Below are positions 9,783 through 20,228 of a stretch of 64,000 nucleotides of DNA, one piece after another (within the stretch, counting starts at the first letter, position 1; the number at the start of each line of letters is the position of its first letter). Under the pieces are notes generated by a model. That model saw nothing but the letters and a program-made list of their open reading frames with translations, did no database searches and had not been told where the DNA came from. Origin of the DNA: Candidatus Bathyarchaeota archaeon (lineage in GTDB: Archaea; Thermoproteota; Bathyarchaeia; 40CM-2-53-6); the NCBI GenBank assembly GCA_963726255.1, contig CAVSBL010000002.1, positions 2,016,001 to 2,080,000 on the forward strand, written 5' to 3'. A program made the position numbers and the translations under genes.

Positions 9783-10739
9783 ATGAGAGGCCGATACCTA
9801 GCGATCGCTGGTATTATTCTAGTAGCCGTCTTGGGAATGTCGGGTGCTTACGTATTCTTTGCGAGCTCACAAGGTCTGGCTTCGTCGACTGCGAGTTCGG
9901 AACAGGGCCGGCTGAAGGTGCTAGCCACTTTCTTCCCGGTATATGATTTCACACGGAACGTGGGAGGAGACAGGATTGACCTGTCGCTTTTGGTTCCTGA
10001 GACGGTGGATGTGCATGAATTCGAGCCCACCCCATCAGCTGTACTGGATGTCGCCAGCGCAAACGTAATTGTCTTCAGCGGCGCTGGACTCGAGCCTTGG
10101 ATTCCTCAGTTAGTTAAGGCTGCAGGCAGTCCAAACCTTGTCGTCGTTGACTCAAGCGCTGGTATACCCTTTCTGCCGGTTCCACCGCAATTCCAAAAGG
10201 ACAACCGAACGGTTGACCCACACATGTGGTTGGACCCTGTCTTAGCAAAAATGCAAGTCACAAATATCCTTCGGGGGCTATCCCAAGCCGACCCAGCTGA
10301 CGCCAACTACTTCGCGGCTAATGCGCGGGCTTACGACGCTAAACTCGACTTCCTAAATGATGAAATCATCAATGCGACGGCGAATGTGAAAACCCGATAT
10401 TTTGTAACCTTCCATGAAGCCTTCGGTTACTTCGCCCAGCAGTATAATCTAACCCAAATTCCAATCGCAGGACCCTTCGAAGAGGAACCAACCCCAGGCG
10501 ACATTCAGAACGTAATCAATGCGATTCACCAATACCAACTCTGCTACGTTGGCTACGAATCCTTACAGAATCCAGCAATCGCCCAGTCGGTAGCGAGCCA
10601 AACGAAAGCCACCCTCGTTCTAATGGACCCAATCGAGGGCCTCACCCAGGCAGACCACGTGGCGGGGAAAACGTACCTCATCAAAATGCAGGATGACCTG
10701 CAAGTATTCATGTTGGTGTTGAACCATGTCGGCTGCTAA
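9783..10739 (+). CDS. znuA: Zn/Mn ABC transporter substrate-binding protein (ZnuA/TroA family)
   Basis: DVHEFEPTP, DPHMWLDP and FHEAFGYFA metal-ligand motifs; N-terminal anchor. Confidence 0.92.
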   Translation: MRGRYLAIAGIILVAVLGMSGAYVFFASSQGLASSTASSEQGRLKVLATFFPVYDFTRNVGGDRIDLSLLVPETVDVHEFEPTPSAVLDVASANVIVFSGAGLEPWIPQLVKAAGSPNLVVVDSSAGIPFLPVPPQFQKDNRTVDPHMWLDPVLAKMQVTNILRGLSQADPADANYFAANARAYDAKLDFLNDEIINATANVKTRYFVTFHEAFGYFAQQYNLTQIPIAGPFEEEPTPGDIQNVINAIHQYQLCYVGYESLQNPAIAQSVASQTKATLVLMDPIEGLTQADHVAGKTYLIKMQDDLQVFMLVLNHVGC

Positions 10740-11484
10740 GCCCATTGCTGAGCTCTCAGATGTTACAGTTCAGTACCCAAACGGGGTACGAGCGTTAGAT
10801 CACATCAATCTCACGATTGACGAGAAAGACCTGGTCGGTTTGATAGGGCCGAACGGCGCGGGAAAATCAACGTTGCTCGGCGTGATTCTTGGTTTGATCA
10901 GGCCGACCTCAGGTTTGGTAAAGTTATTCGGTGAAGCGATCTCATCAAGTAACCTGAGAAGGGTGGGGTTCGTACCACAGACTGTGCAGTCTTCTATCGC
11001 CGATTTTCCTGCGACTGTGTTTGAGGCAGTGCTCTTTGGCAGAATCCCACGGGCTCGGCGGTTGCATCGACTTGGGAAAGATGATTACAAGAAAGTCGAG
11101 GAGTCGCTGGAACTCATGGAGATATCAGAGCTCAGGGGGAGAAAACTGGGCCAACTTTCAGGCGGGCAACTGCAACGTGTGCTCGTAGCGAAGGCGCTGA
11201 CTCTCAATCCTGAGTTACTTTTGCTGGATGAACCGACCAGCGGGGCAGATGTGCACTCCAAAACTGAATTCTATGATTTGCTCAGGCGGGTTAACAACGA
11301 ACATGGGACGACAGTGGTTCTCTCTTCCCACGATGTGGGAATAGTGACCAACTTGGTCAAGAGGGTGGTTTGCATAAACACTGTGCTGTTCTTCTGCGGG
11401 CTCAGGTCAGAGTTTACGCCGAGTGTACTCAGCCAAACCTACAACTATTCGGCGGCGGTCATTGAACATGGTACTCACATTTGA
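10726..11484 (+). CDS. znuC: Zn/Mn ABC transporter ATP-binding protein
   Basis: GPNGAGKST, LSGGQLQR, LLLLDEP. Confidence 0.92.
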   Translation: MSAAKPIAELSDVTVQYPNGVRALDHINLTIDEKDLVGLIGPNGAGKSTLLGVILGLIRPTSGLVKLFGEAISSSNLRRVGFVPQTVQSSIADFPATVFEAVLFGRIPRARRLHRLGKDDYKKVEESLELMEISELRGRKLGQLSGGQLQRVLVAKALTLNPELLLLDEPTSGADVHSKTEFYDLLRRVNNEHGTTVVLSSHDVGIVTNLVKRVVCINTVLFFCGLRSEFTPSVLSQTYNYSAAVIEHGTHI

Positions 11485-12331
11485 CGTGTTCCTTTCGATG
11501 ATGGCCCAGGGGTTCATACAAAGAGCCTTCATAATCGGCATTGTAGTGGCGTTGCTCAGTTCAGTCCTAAGCGTTTTCATTGTACTCAAGAGAATCTCTT
11601 TGATTGGAGACGGACTGGCGCACACCGCATTCGGTGGCCTCGCCTTAGGCTATTACTTGGATCTCGTGCCGCTCTGGGTGGCTGGCGTTATCGTCATCCT
11701 TGGCTCCATAGGGATAACGAAGGTCACTCGGTCCTCCAAGATTTCGGGGGATGCAGCAGTCGCAATATTCCTTCAACTCGGCCTTGCTTCCGGTATAGTG
11801 CTCCTCAGCCTGGCGCGCGGCTTCGGGTTCAGCCTAGAAAGCCTCCTTTTCGGTAGCATTCTATTGGTGAGCGGCGACCAGATTCTATACGCAGTAATCG
11901 TTCTCGCAGCAACTCTAATTGTAGTTTTCATTTTCTTCAAAGAGCTGGTCTACACTATCTTCGACGAGACCCAAGCAAAAGCCTCAGGTATCAAGACATG
12001 GTTCTTCGACTACCTCATCAGCATACTGGCGGGAATGGCGATAATTGTATCAATTCCAATAGTTGGCGTACTGTTAATTTCCGCCCTGCTGGTTCTCCCA
12101 GCCGTCACCAGCATGCAAGTCAGCAGCTCATTCAGACAGACCGTTATTCTGTCGCCAGTAGTTGGGTTACTGAGCGTGATACTCGGACTCTGCGCATCAG
12201 TTATCTTGGATACCGCATCGGGTGCAACCATCGTGCTCGTGGGCCTGGCTCTCTTTCTTCTTTCGGTACTCATCAAGAGGACATTCATCACTAAGCGTTA
12301 TGAATCTGTTCGGACAGAAGGAGGTACATGA
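11468..12331 (+). CDS. znuB: Zn/Mn ABC transporter permease
   Basis: SLIGDGLAHTAFGG, LLFGSIL, VGVLLISALLVLPA; ATG at 11468 preferred to the longer ORF start. Confidence 0.92.
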   Translation: MVLTFDVFLSMMAQGFIQRAFIIGIVVALLSSVLSVFIVLKRISLIGDGLAHTAFGGLALGYYLDLVPLWVAGVIVILGSIGITKVTRSSKISGDAAVAIFLQLGLASGIVLLSLARGFGFSLESLLFGSILLVSGDQILYAVIVLAATLIVVFIFFKELVYTIFDETQAKASGIKTWFFDYLISILAGMAIIVSIPIVGVLLISALLVLPAVTSMQVSSSFRQTVILSPVVGLLSVILGLCASVILDTASGATIVLVGLALFLLSVLIKRTFITKRYESVRTEGGT

Positions 12332-12744
12332 GCTTGATTGACCTAAGCCGATCCGAAGTCGCATACCTGGAAATGATCTATCGACTGAACGAAACTCACG
12401 AAACAACATCAGTCTCGGCCTTAGCGAAGAAGTTTGGTGTCAGGCTACCCAGCGCGATTGAAATCCTAAGCAGGCTTGAGAAGAAGGGGCTCGTCACTAA
12501 GAAACCCTGGAGGACACCGGAATTGAGTAAACGAGGGGCGGAGCTCGCAGAATCTGTCATGCACCAACACAGAATACTCGAGCTTTACCTTAACAAGAAG
12601 CTAGGCTTGGGTTCTGACCTATCTTGTGCGCAAGCAAGCAAAATCGACTACTTACTCGACGGGGCAGTTGTTGAGAGGATGTGCAAGGTACTAAACCGAC
12701 CGTCGAGATGCCTTCACGGAAACCCAATCCGACACGGCGATTGA
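12328..12744 (+). CDS. DtxR/MntR family metal-dependent transcriptional regulator
   Basis: YLEMIY...VSALAKKFGVRLPSA HTH; HRILELYL; C-terminal PSRCLHGNPI. Confidence 0.9.
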   Translation: MSLIDLSRSEVAYLEMIYRLNETHETTSVSALAKKFGVRLPSAIEILSRLEKKGLVTKKPWRTPELSKRGAELAESVMHQHRILELYLNKKLGLGSDLSCAQASKIDYLLDGAVVERMCKVLNRPSRCLHGNPIRHGD

Positions 12745-12896
12745 ATCTAACTCGAAGCTCAATCTGAACTTTCCTCCGCGTGATTTGCTCAAATAGAAAC
12801 GATCGTATCTTGTAATCAAGCCTGCGTTAGGCTTGGGTTTGGACCGAAGGGCATCTAAATAACTCGCTTGCTGACTAAAAGGTAAGGCCTGCTAGG

Positions 12897-14108
12897 TTGA
12901 AACTGCTGATTGCCGATCGGCTTCCACGTTCTCATGTCGACATGCTTCGTAATATTGTGGAAGAAGTAGAGTATGCTCCGGATTTGACTGCTGAATCGAT
13001 GCCTGAACACATTTCTGGCACGAGAATTCTCGTAGTGAGAGGAACCAAGGTTAGCAGTGACACGATTGAGAAAGATGTCGAATTAGAACTCATCGTGCGC
13101 GCAGGGACTGGAACCGAAAACATCGACTTGGACGCTGCCTCAGCACATGGGGTTTATGTGACGAATTGCCCAGACAAGAACTCAGCCGCCGTGGCCGAAC
13201 TGACTTTCGGCTTGCTACTGGCTGTAGACCGCCGTATCCCAGAACAGGACATGGCACTACGGGCGAGGAAGTGGGACAAATCAGATTATTCGAAGGCAGA
13301 CGGCCTGAAGGGCAAGGTCTTCGGCGTCATCGGTACGGGCGCAATTGGGAGGGAGGTAATCAAACGCGCCAAAGCTTTCGACATGCCGGTCGTCGCGTGG
13401 TCGCGCTCCCTCACCGATGAGAAGGCTGCTGAGCTCGGCGTCACTCGCGCCTCCACCATTGACGAATTAATTGAGAAATGTGACATCATTTCCCTTCACG
13501 TAGCCTTGACGCAGGAAACAACTCACTTATTGTCAGCGGAACGGCTTGCGAAGTTGAGGCCTGGGGCTATCATCCTGAATACTTCGCGCGGCGCTATCAC
13601 CGACAACGCTGCCTTAGTAGAAGCCCTGAAAAGTGGCCGGGTGCGCGCGGGGCTTGACGTGTACGAAGATGAACCAACAGAAGGTGAGGGAAAATTCGCG
13701 AGCGTCCTCGCCGCCGTCCCAAACTTGGTGGGAACACACCACATAGGGGCCTCTACAACCCAAGCGCAGGTCGCAACTGCGGGTGAAACTGTTCGGATTA
13801 TTGAAAAATACGTGAAGGCAGGAATCGTGGAAAATTGTGTGAACTTCGCCAAGGAAACACCGGCAGTCTACGAGCTAATCGTGAGGCATTACGATAAGAT
13901 AGGCGTGTTGACTAGGATTCTGACCGAGCTGAGGGAATCAAAAATCAGCGTCCACGAAGTGCACAATAGAATATTCGAGGGGGCCAAAGCAGCCGTCGCC
14001 CACATCCAACTCGACACCTATCCGCCGCAGGCAACACTCGATAAGATCTCCGCACGCAAAGACCAGATTATCAACCTGAAAATCGTGAAGCTTCAACCAG
14101 TATCCTAA
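12897..14108 (+). CDS. serA: D-3-phosphoglycerate dehydrogenase-like 2-hydroxyacid dehydrogenase with C-terminal ACT domain
   Basis: RAGTGTENID, GVIGTGAIG, NTSRG, LDVYEDEP, HIGAST; ACT-like HYDKIGVL. Confidence 0.85.
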   Translation: MKLLIADRLPRSHVDMLRNIVEEVEYAPDLTAESMPEHISGTRILVVRGTKVSSDTIEKDVELELIVRAGTGTENIDLDAASAHGVYVTNCPDKNSAAVAELTFGLLLAVDRRIPEQDMALRARKWDKSDYSKADGLKGKVFGVIGTGAIGREVIKRAKAFDMPVVAWSRSLTDEKAAELGVTRASTIDELIEKCDIISLHVALTQETTHLLSAERLAKLRPGAIILNTSRGAITDNAALVEALKSGRVRAGLDVYEDEPTEGEGKFASVLAAVPNLVGTHHIGASTTQAQVATAGETVRIIEKYVKAGIVENCVNFAKETPAVYELIVRHYDKIGVLTRILTELRESKISVHEVHNRIFEGAKAAVAHIQLDTYPPQATLDKISARKDQIINLKIVKLQPVS

Positions 14109-14161
14109 GCAGAGAGCTATGCGTAACCTCGTAATGGAGTACTTTGGGGGTGGAGTGAGAG

Positions 14162-15040
14162 GTGCTATTCCTCGCCTTGGCGCTAATCATGGCGGCCGCC
14201 TTCTTGCACGCGGGCTGGAACGTTCTTGCCAAGGTCTCGAAGGACACATTCGCTTTGATGTGGTGGGCCAGTTTATTCGGGAGCTTCGGGTATGGCGCGT
14301 GGCTTCTAAGCGGTTCGGGCATATACCTTAATTCAGCTTCATTGGCGCCGTACCTGATCAGTGCCGCCGCTGAGACTGGATATTTCGTAACACTGGTTCG
14401 AGGGTACTCGGAGGGTGACCTATCGCTGGTCTACCCAATCTCACGTGGTTCCGCGCCAATTTTCGCAGCAATCTGGAGTGCATTGGTCTTTACGGAAAAA
14501 CTTCCTTTGTTAGGGTATGTGGGCGTCGCCCTGATTGTGTGTGGGATTTTCATTGTTTCAATCCCGATTAATCGCTCAGAGTCATTGGATGGTTCCTTGC
14601 GTGTCAGTTCGCTTTTTCGGAAAGATGCGGCAGGTTGGGCGCTTGCCTGCGCAGTTTTCATCTCAATTTTCTCCGTTTCTGATAAGGTCGCGGTGACGTA
14701 TACTCCACCGCTGATATACAACTGGTGGGTAGTAGCCGGCAATACCGTACTGTGGGTTCCCATAGTTTGGCGTAGATCCCGCCTGCGAACGAACCTTAAT
14801 GAACTCAGAACCAATTTCCGAGGCGTGATTGGGACAAGCATAGCCATGCCGAGTGCTTATGCGGCCGCATTAGCCGCGCTTGCCCTCACGAGCGCGAGCT
14901 ACGTAGTGGCCGGCCGTGGCTTTAGCGTAGTTATCGGCGCAGTTGTCGGAACATTGCTGTTGAAGGAGAGTTTCGGTTCCAACCGAATAATAGGTGCGGT
15001 AATAATGGTCACAGGCCTTGTACTGATTGCGTTTTCATAA
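14162..15040 (+). CDS. EamA/DMT family transporter
   Basis: AAFLHAGWNVLAK and GDLSLVYPISRG motifs; about 10 TM segments. Confidence 0.85.
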   Translation: MLFLALALIMAAAFLHAGWNVLAKVSKDTFALMWWASLFGSFGYGAWLLSGSGIYLNSASLAPYLISAAAETGYFVTLVRGYSEGDLSLVYPISRGSAPIFAAIWSALVFTEKLPLLGYVGVALIVCGIFIVSIPINRSESLDGSLRVSSLFRKDAAGWALACAVFISIFSVSDKVAVTYTPPLIYNWWVVAGNTVLWVPIVWRRSRLRTNLNELRTNFRGVIGTSIAMPSAYAAALAALALTSASYVVAGRGFSVVIGAVVGTLLLKESFGSNRIIGAVIMVTGLVLIAFS

Positions 15041-15103
15041 TAAGCGTCGGAGCGGTGTCGCTTTAAGAACAGGTTACACGTATTATCGGGTTGAGGAATA
15101 GGG

Positions 15104-15367
15104 ATGAAACCACTGAAATTACTCGTCTTAGCTGCCGTCGGTGGGATCGTGATCACCTTACTAACCGGTCTGCTGGAGAATACGCCGCAGATGTTGGTTG
15201 GTGCGGTGTGGTACGGGTACCCCCTTGCGTGGCTGGTGCGAATGGTCGTTGCGCCACAATATTTCCCATGGGTCGTACGGCTGCTGCGCCTAATCGCAGA
15301 CATCGTGTTCTGGGCCGTAATAGTGGCAATCATCCTCTTCGCTTACACGAAAACCAAAAAGAAGTAG
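15104..15367 (+). CDS. Small membrane protein
   Basis: Two hydrophobic segments flanking YGYPLAWL; basic C-terminus. Confidence 0.65.
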   Translation: MKPLKLLVLAAVGGIVITLLTGLLENTPQMLVGAVWYGYPLAWLVRMVVAPQYFPWVVRLLRLIADIVFWAVIVAIILFAYTKTKKK

Positions 15368-15436
15368 CGGACGCTCGTCCGTTACTCTCCATTTCTTTCG
15401 TTGCATTCCCGTGAGGGTTGTCTCGATAAGCTAGGG

Positions 15437-15601
15437 TCAAGGTTCAATGTGCCAGAGTATGACCCCTATAGAAAATAGAATTACGCCGCCCAGACCGAAA
15501 ACTGATGCGAGTTGCATGAATCCGATTAGTGCGAGTAGTCCAGTCGCGAGGACCATAAGAAGTCCAAGCAAAATAAGGAGAATTGATGGCGTCAGGTGCA
15601 A
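15437..15601 (-). CDS. Small two-TM protein, 54 aa (not in ORF track)
   Basis: TTG start; LHLTPSILLILLGLLMVLATGLLALIGFMQLASVFGLGGVILFSIGVILWHIEP*. Confidence 0.5.
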   Translation of the reverse strand: MHLTPSILLILLGLLMVLATGLLALIGFMQLASVFGLGGVILFSIGVILWHIEP

Positions 15602-15898
15602 TTCTGCTATCAGCTTCCCCGTTGAAGCTCGTTATCTTTAAGGCCCAAGGTCATCTGGCTCGGACGCTATCCTGTAATAGTCACACTTATGGTCCCTGCT
15701 TCAAGGTCATAACGAGCCCCAACAAGGCTGATGCTGCCGGCGTCGAGGGCGTGTGAGATTATTGCGCTTGAAGACGTAAAGCTTATGCCATTGCTCGCGA
15801 AAATCTCACCTTGAAATTTGCTTGGACAGGTACAAAATCCTAATCATCCGTCTAGGCGTGATTTGACGTATTAGCCTCAACCATGGAGAAAGTAGGCC

Positions 15899-17440
15899 TT
15901 GGCTTCAATTCAACTCAAACAGTTAAAACACAATGGCGTCCTCATTCCTGACGCCTACACCCCCCAAGGCTTGACCATCACCTTCCGCGGTAACCCACTA
16001 AAACTGAATCCATTGCAGGAAGAGATGGCAGTCAAGTTCGCGCAGAAATTCGGAAGCCCCTACACGGAAGATCGGGCATTTTGCTCCAATTTCATGAAAG
16101 ACTTCGCAGAGGCTCTGGGGATCAAGGAGAAAATTGCCGTTGAAGATTTCGACTGGACGCCGATTGTGAAGTGGATTGAGGCCGAGCGAGCCCGTAAGGC
16201 TAACATGTCGAAGGAACAGAAGAAGGAACTAGCGCAATCCAGAAAGAAGGTTCGAGAGGAACGAAAGGAACATTATGGGTGGGCCATCGTTAACGACGCG
16301 AGAATGGAAATCGGAAACTATGCTGTCGAGCCTCCTTCGATATTCATGGGCCGCGGCAAACACCCGATGAGGGGTCGCTGGAAGCCTGCTGTAACCACCA
16401 AGGACGTTACATTGAACCTGAGTCCGGAGGCGCCCACCCCACCAGGCGAATGGGCGGGACGCGAATGGCGGCCCGATGAGCTTTGGATTGCGAAGTGGAC
16501 TGACAAGTTGGCCGGGAAGGTGAAGTACATTTGGTTCCACGACGCCACACCAATGAAGCAAGGACGGGTTCAAGAAAAATTCGACCTAGCGCGAGAGTTG
16601 GAGTCGAAAATTGGCAAGGTTCGAGCCCATATTGCTTCGAACTTAAGCAGCGAGGATGTGAAGCGCCGGAAGGTGGCAACGGTAGCGTACTTGATTGATG
16701 TTTTCAAGATTCGTGTCGGTGATGAGGAAGAGACTGAGAGCGGCACAGTCGGGGCGACGAGCCTTCAGAGCGAACATATTCGGTTCCATAATTCATCCCC
16801 CAGAGTCAAGCTACATTTCCTCGGTAAGGACTCGATCTTATTCGAACGGGAACTATCCGTCTCTCAAGAGGCTTACCAGAATTTGAAAGAGTTTGCCTCA
16901 AATGGAGGAAGGATCTTCAGCGGAATAACCACAGATGCCGTACGTGACTTCTTATCCGAAGCAATGCCTCGCCTCAGCCCAAAGGTGTTCCGCACATTTT
17001 CCGCGACGCAGTTGTTTAGGCAGGAACTTGACACGAGTAAGGTCACCGCGGAGAGTTCTGATCCTGAGAAGAAGATGGCTTTGATGGAATCGAACGCGGC
17101 TGTAGCGCAGTTGATGAACCACCAGAAAGCTGTGCCTAAGAAATGGGAGGAAACATACAAGAAACGCCTTGAAATGTTGCGGTCACTTAAGGGCAAGGAA
17201 GGCAAGTCGGCCGCAAAACGGAAGGCTTCACTAAAACTTCGCCTCGCGCAAATGAAAATGAACAAGAAGTGGAACTTAGGAACCTCGCTCAAGAACTACA
17301 TCGACCCGAGAGTTTCGGTGACGTTTTGCAAAAGAGTAGACTACGATTGGAAATCCTACTATCCAAAGACTCTCGTGGCCAAATTCATGTGGGCAGAGGA
17401 AAAGCAGCAAGATTACGCGACGCCATTAGCCAGGGCTTAG
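15899..17440 (+). CDS. top1: DNA topoisomerase IB (eukaryote-like, single chain)
   Basis: LKHNGV, EPPSIFMGRGKHPMRGRWK; catalytic pentad KIRVG(R), FLGKDS(K), KVFRT(R), MNHQK(H), TSLKNYIDP(Y). Confidence 0.95.
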   Translation: MASIQLKQLKHNGVLIPDAYTPQGLTITFRGNPLKLNPLQEEMAVKFAQKFGSPYTEDRAFCSNFMKDFAEALGIKEKIAVEDFDWTPIVKWIEAERARKANMSKEQKKELAQSRKKVREERKEHYGWAIVNDARMEIGNYAVEPPSIFMGRGKHPMRGRWKPAVTTKDVTLNLSPEAPTPPGEWAGREWRPDELWIAKWTDKLAGKVKYIWFHDATPMKQGRVQEKFDLARELESKIGKVRAHIASNLSSEDVKRRKVATVAYLIDVFKIRVGDEEETESGTVGATSLQSEHIRFHNSSPRVKLHFLGKDSILFERELSVSQEAYQNLKEFASNGGRIFSGITTDAVRDFLSEAMPRLSPKVFRTFSATQLFRQELDTSKVTAESSDPEKKMALMESNAAVAQLMNHQKAVPKKWEETYKKRLEMLRSLKGKEGKSAAKRKASLKLRLAQMKMNKKWNLGTSLKNYIDPRVSVTFCKRVDYDWKSYYPKTLVAKFMWAEEKQQDYATPLARA

Positions 17441-19465
17441 AGCACGGCTTCGCCTAGGGCGTTGTCGGCCACGTTGGCGACGTGCTCGTCCAGTCAGCTT
17501 ATGGTATAGGTAAACGTCAGCTATTGTGAGCACTAGCAATGCGATTGTCATGGTTTCTACAATCGTTCGATTCATCTGCAAGATTGGCACAAGAATTCCC
17601 AGCTCTCTGGCCACTCCTTGAGCGAGAGCCGATGCGTCGCTTAACTCTGCTACGGCAGCGGAGTACCAACTTTCGTTGAAATTACTCTCCCCTTCACTCA
17701 TCAGCTGCTTGGCTCGGTTGTATGAAGCCGTGACGTTCGCGGGCAAGCCAAGTGTTTGGTCACTACTCAGATGTTCAATCTCCATCAAAATCAGTTGCAA
17801 ACTCTGCAATCTAGCCTTGAAGGTAAGGTAGTTTCCAATTGCGAATGCCCCGAACGCGATATCACCCCCGTACCTTGGCTCGAACCCTATGCTTGGCCAC
17901 CAACTCCAAACCATCTTCATGAATTGAGGGCCACGGCTTGCCATTTGGTAGTCGATCAAGTTGAAGTCCACGTTGAAAGTTCGCTCGAACCACGTTCGGT
18001 TTTGGTCTAAGATAGACTGAGGGTTGCTTTGCCCTTCCTTGACGAATGAGGGTATACCCGCCTTCTCTATCATGCGCATATCGGGTTGGTAGAACTGCGG
18101 GTAAAGGCCCCACCAACTAGAGGAAACATATTTTGTGACGGCCAAGGCTTGAAGTGGAACCAGTGAAGTGTCAGGGTAACGCATTCGTGTTAGCCAGTTG
18201 GCTGCGAGCAAGGCGGCGCCTAAGTATGTCTCGTTATTCGTCGTCTCTGAGAGGAGGAGTAAGCCGCGTATGGAGTAGGCGGCGCTCCACAACGACAGAG
18301 CGACGCTTGAACCAAACTCACGCCTCTCTGTGTCGTAACCATAGTAGTACCCGCCAACTGCCATCGGATCGTTCGCGTAAGTATGGTTGCCCCATGCCGT
18401 GTTCGTTGGAGTTACTTGGAAACTCATTAACCATTCAGCGTACGTTTCCGCGGCATTCAGATACCGTTCGTCTCCCGTCAGCCTGTAAAGCTGAGACCAC
18501 GCCAAGAGTGTGAAACCTGCATGGTTAGTTGAAACCGATCTTGTGTACACTGTCCCGTTCCACTCGTAAGGCAACGCGCCATAGACGGGTGTGTTGAGCC
18601 ACTCTTGGCCAGTAAACTGTCTGGACAACATGTATTCGCCTGCGGCTTCAGCGGAGTTGAGGTAGGTGCTGTTACGTGTCAGGAGGTAGAGTTCAGCGAG
18701 AATCCAAGCCGATTCGGTTGTCTCAAACATTCTAGGCTTCCAGCCAAGTGCCCAATAATACTGGGTAACTGGAAAGGCGCCGCTGAAATTCCCGGTTTTG
18801 ATTTGCGTTTTGACTAGCCAACTTCCGTATCGGTTCAGTAGTTGGAGGGCTTTGTCATCGTTTGACCAGCGGTAGTAGGAGATTAGGGCCGCAGCTATTG
18901 GGTTGCCATGTTCAGGGGACGGAAATACAGCATGCAAGTTAGTGGAATCGTCTGGTGTTCCGAATTGCTCGTCTTTGCCTCCAGAGACATCGGCCTGCTC
19001 AGCCCAAACTCCGACATTGTCAAGTGTAATGTTGCGCCCATGAATCGTGGTTAGGACTAGTGGGGGTGTGCTGGCTCTTCCGCTTGGAATTTGTGCGGCC
19101 TGGAAGTAATCGTAGTAGACATTGAAGATCTTGAGGTACATGGGATCTCCACTTTCCAAGTAGGCGTCTAATGCGGCGGAGGCTCCCAGGCCGGAGTCGT
19201 GGCCGGCAATCAAGAACGCAAGCTGCTGCCTCTCGCCTGCCGCAATACCGCCAGTCTCAGCGGTAATCGTGCCGTTCTCAAAGTAAAACGGATCCAGACC
19301 CCACGTACGCACATCTTGGTATGGAATCCCCCATGACGCGTTGAGAGGCGTAACTTGGAAGGCGGTTATCCAATTCGTAGCCTCCAACCCTAGGTCATAA
19401 TACCGCGGACCGGGATCGGATTCTTGTGTAGCGAGGCTTGGAGCAGGCTGAAAGGCCGCCGCCAA
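17426..19465 (-). CDS. Secreted/membrane-anchored (alpha/alpha)6-barrel protein (glycoside hydrolase/epimerase/lyase-like)
   Basis: Repeats of the LYxxTGDERYLxAA...WLxxxQ type; C-terminal TM plus basic tail; start codon uncertain. Confidence 0.6.
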   Translation of the reverse strand: MAAAFQPAPSLATQESDPGPRYYDLGLEATNWITAFQVTPLNASWGIPYQDVRTWGLDPFYFENGTITAETGGIAAGERQQLAFLIAGHDSGLGASAALDAYLESGDPMYLKIFNVYYDYFQAAQIPSGRASTPPLVLTTIHGRNITLDNVGVWAEQADVSGGKDEQFGTPDDSTNLHAVFPSPEHGNPIAAALISYYRWSNDDKALQLLNRYGSWLVKTQIKTGNFSGAFPVTQYYWALGWKPRMFETTESAWILAELYLLTRNSTYLNSAEAAGEYMLSRQFTGQEWLNTPVYGALPYEWNGTVYTRSVSTNHAGFTLLAWSQLYRLTGDERYLNAAETYAEWLMSFQVTPTNTAWGNHTYANDPMAVGGYYYGYDTERREFGSSVALSLWSAAYSIRGLLLLSETTNNETYLGAALLAANWLTRMRYPDTSLVPLQALAVTKYVSSSWWGLYPQFYQPDMRMIEKAGIPSFVKEGQSNPQSILDQNRTWFERTFNVDFNLIDYQMASRGPQFMKMVWSWWPSIGFEPRYGGDIAFGAFAIGNYLTFKARLQSLQLILMEIEHLSSDQTLGLPANVTASYNRAKQLMSEGESNFNESWYSAAVAELSDASALAQGVARELGILVPILQMNRTIVETMTIALLVLTIADVYLYHKLTGRARRQRGRQRPRRSRALSPG

Positions 19466-19570
19466 GAATACCAGTAAGAAAGGGATGAGGAACCGTTTGA
19501 GCTGCGTAGCCCTACGACTCGTGCTCTTTGGTCTCGTCGTCTCTAGAAAGTAGTTCGGACTGGGCTCAGC

Positions 19571-20071
19571 TTAGCCTTTCGTTATAAGGCCGTATATGAT
19601 GAAGGGAACGCCCGTGATGAGCGCGAAGTCGAAGTAGGTGGATGTGGCTGCAGCGAAGACTACTCCTGAAAAGACCCAGACTATTCCGACTGCTGTTGTA
19701 ACTCCCCATTTCACTGTCCAACCTGTCACAAACATTGCGGCGCCGAAAATCACCAGCCAAAAGCCGAGGGTCAATGAGGTAACTTGTGCCATAGACATTC
19801 CTGAAGGCATCATTGAGGCCATGAAAGGAGCGCCTAGTGAGTAAACTGCTGTCAAAACCACGGCTAGGACTATGGTGAACTTCCAAAGCTCCTCGAGCAT
19901 CGGGGGGCTTCTTCTGGGCATGGAAACCCTACCTATGAGGTAAAGGATCACTGAGAAGATTATGACGCCGAGCAGCCAAGCGGTATACTGAAGTGAATTG
20001 AAAACACCGGCCTGAAATGCAAAGAATACGAGAACTTGTACTACGCCTAATCCAGTTTGCTTAAGTTCCAT
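19571..20071 (-). CDS. Hypothetical multi-pass membrane protein
   Basis: About six hydrophobic segments; ATG start. Confidence 0.7.
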   Translation of the reverse strand: MELKQTGLGVVQVLVFFAFQAGVFNSLQYTAWLLGVIIFSVILYLIGRVSMPRRSPPMLEELWKFTIVLAVVLTAVYSLGAPFMASMMPSGMSMAQVTSLTLGFWLVIFGAAMFVTGWTVKWGVTTAVGIVWVFSGVVFAAATSTYFDFALITGVPFIIYGLITKG

Positions 20072-20228
20072 TTTTCATCGGCCCAAATCTTTCGGCTGTA
20101 TTAGTATTAAAGACCATCGACAAGCAACGTGCATTCCTTGTGGCGGTTGCCGGTCGCTATTTCCTAAGTCGGGTTTTCCACTCAAGCCATAAGGAGACTT
20201 TCACATCCTTCTGCCAGGTGATGCCACG

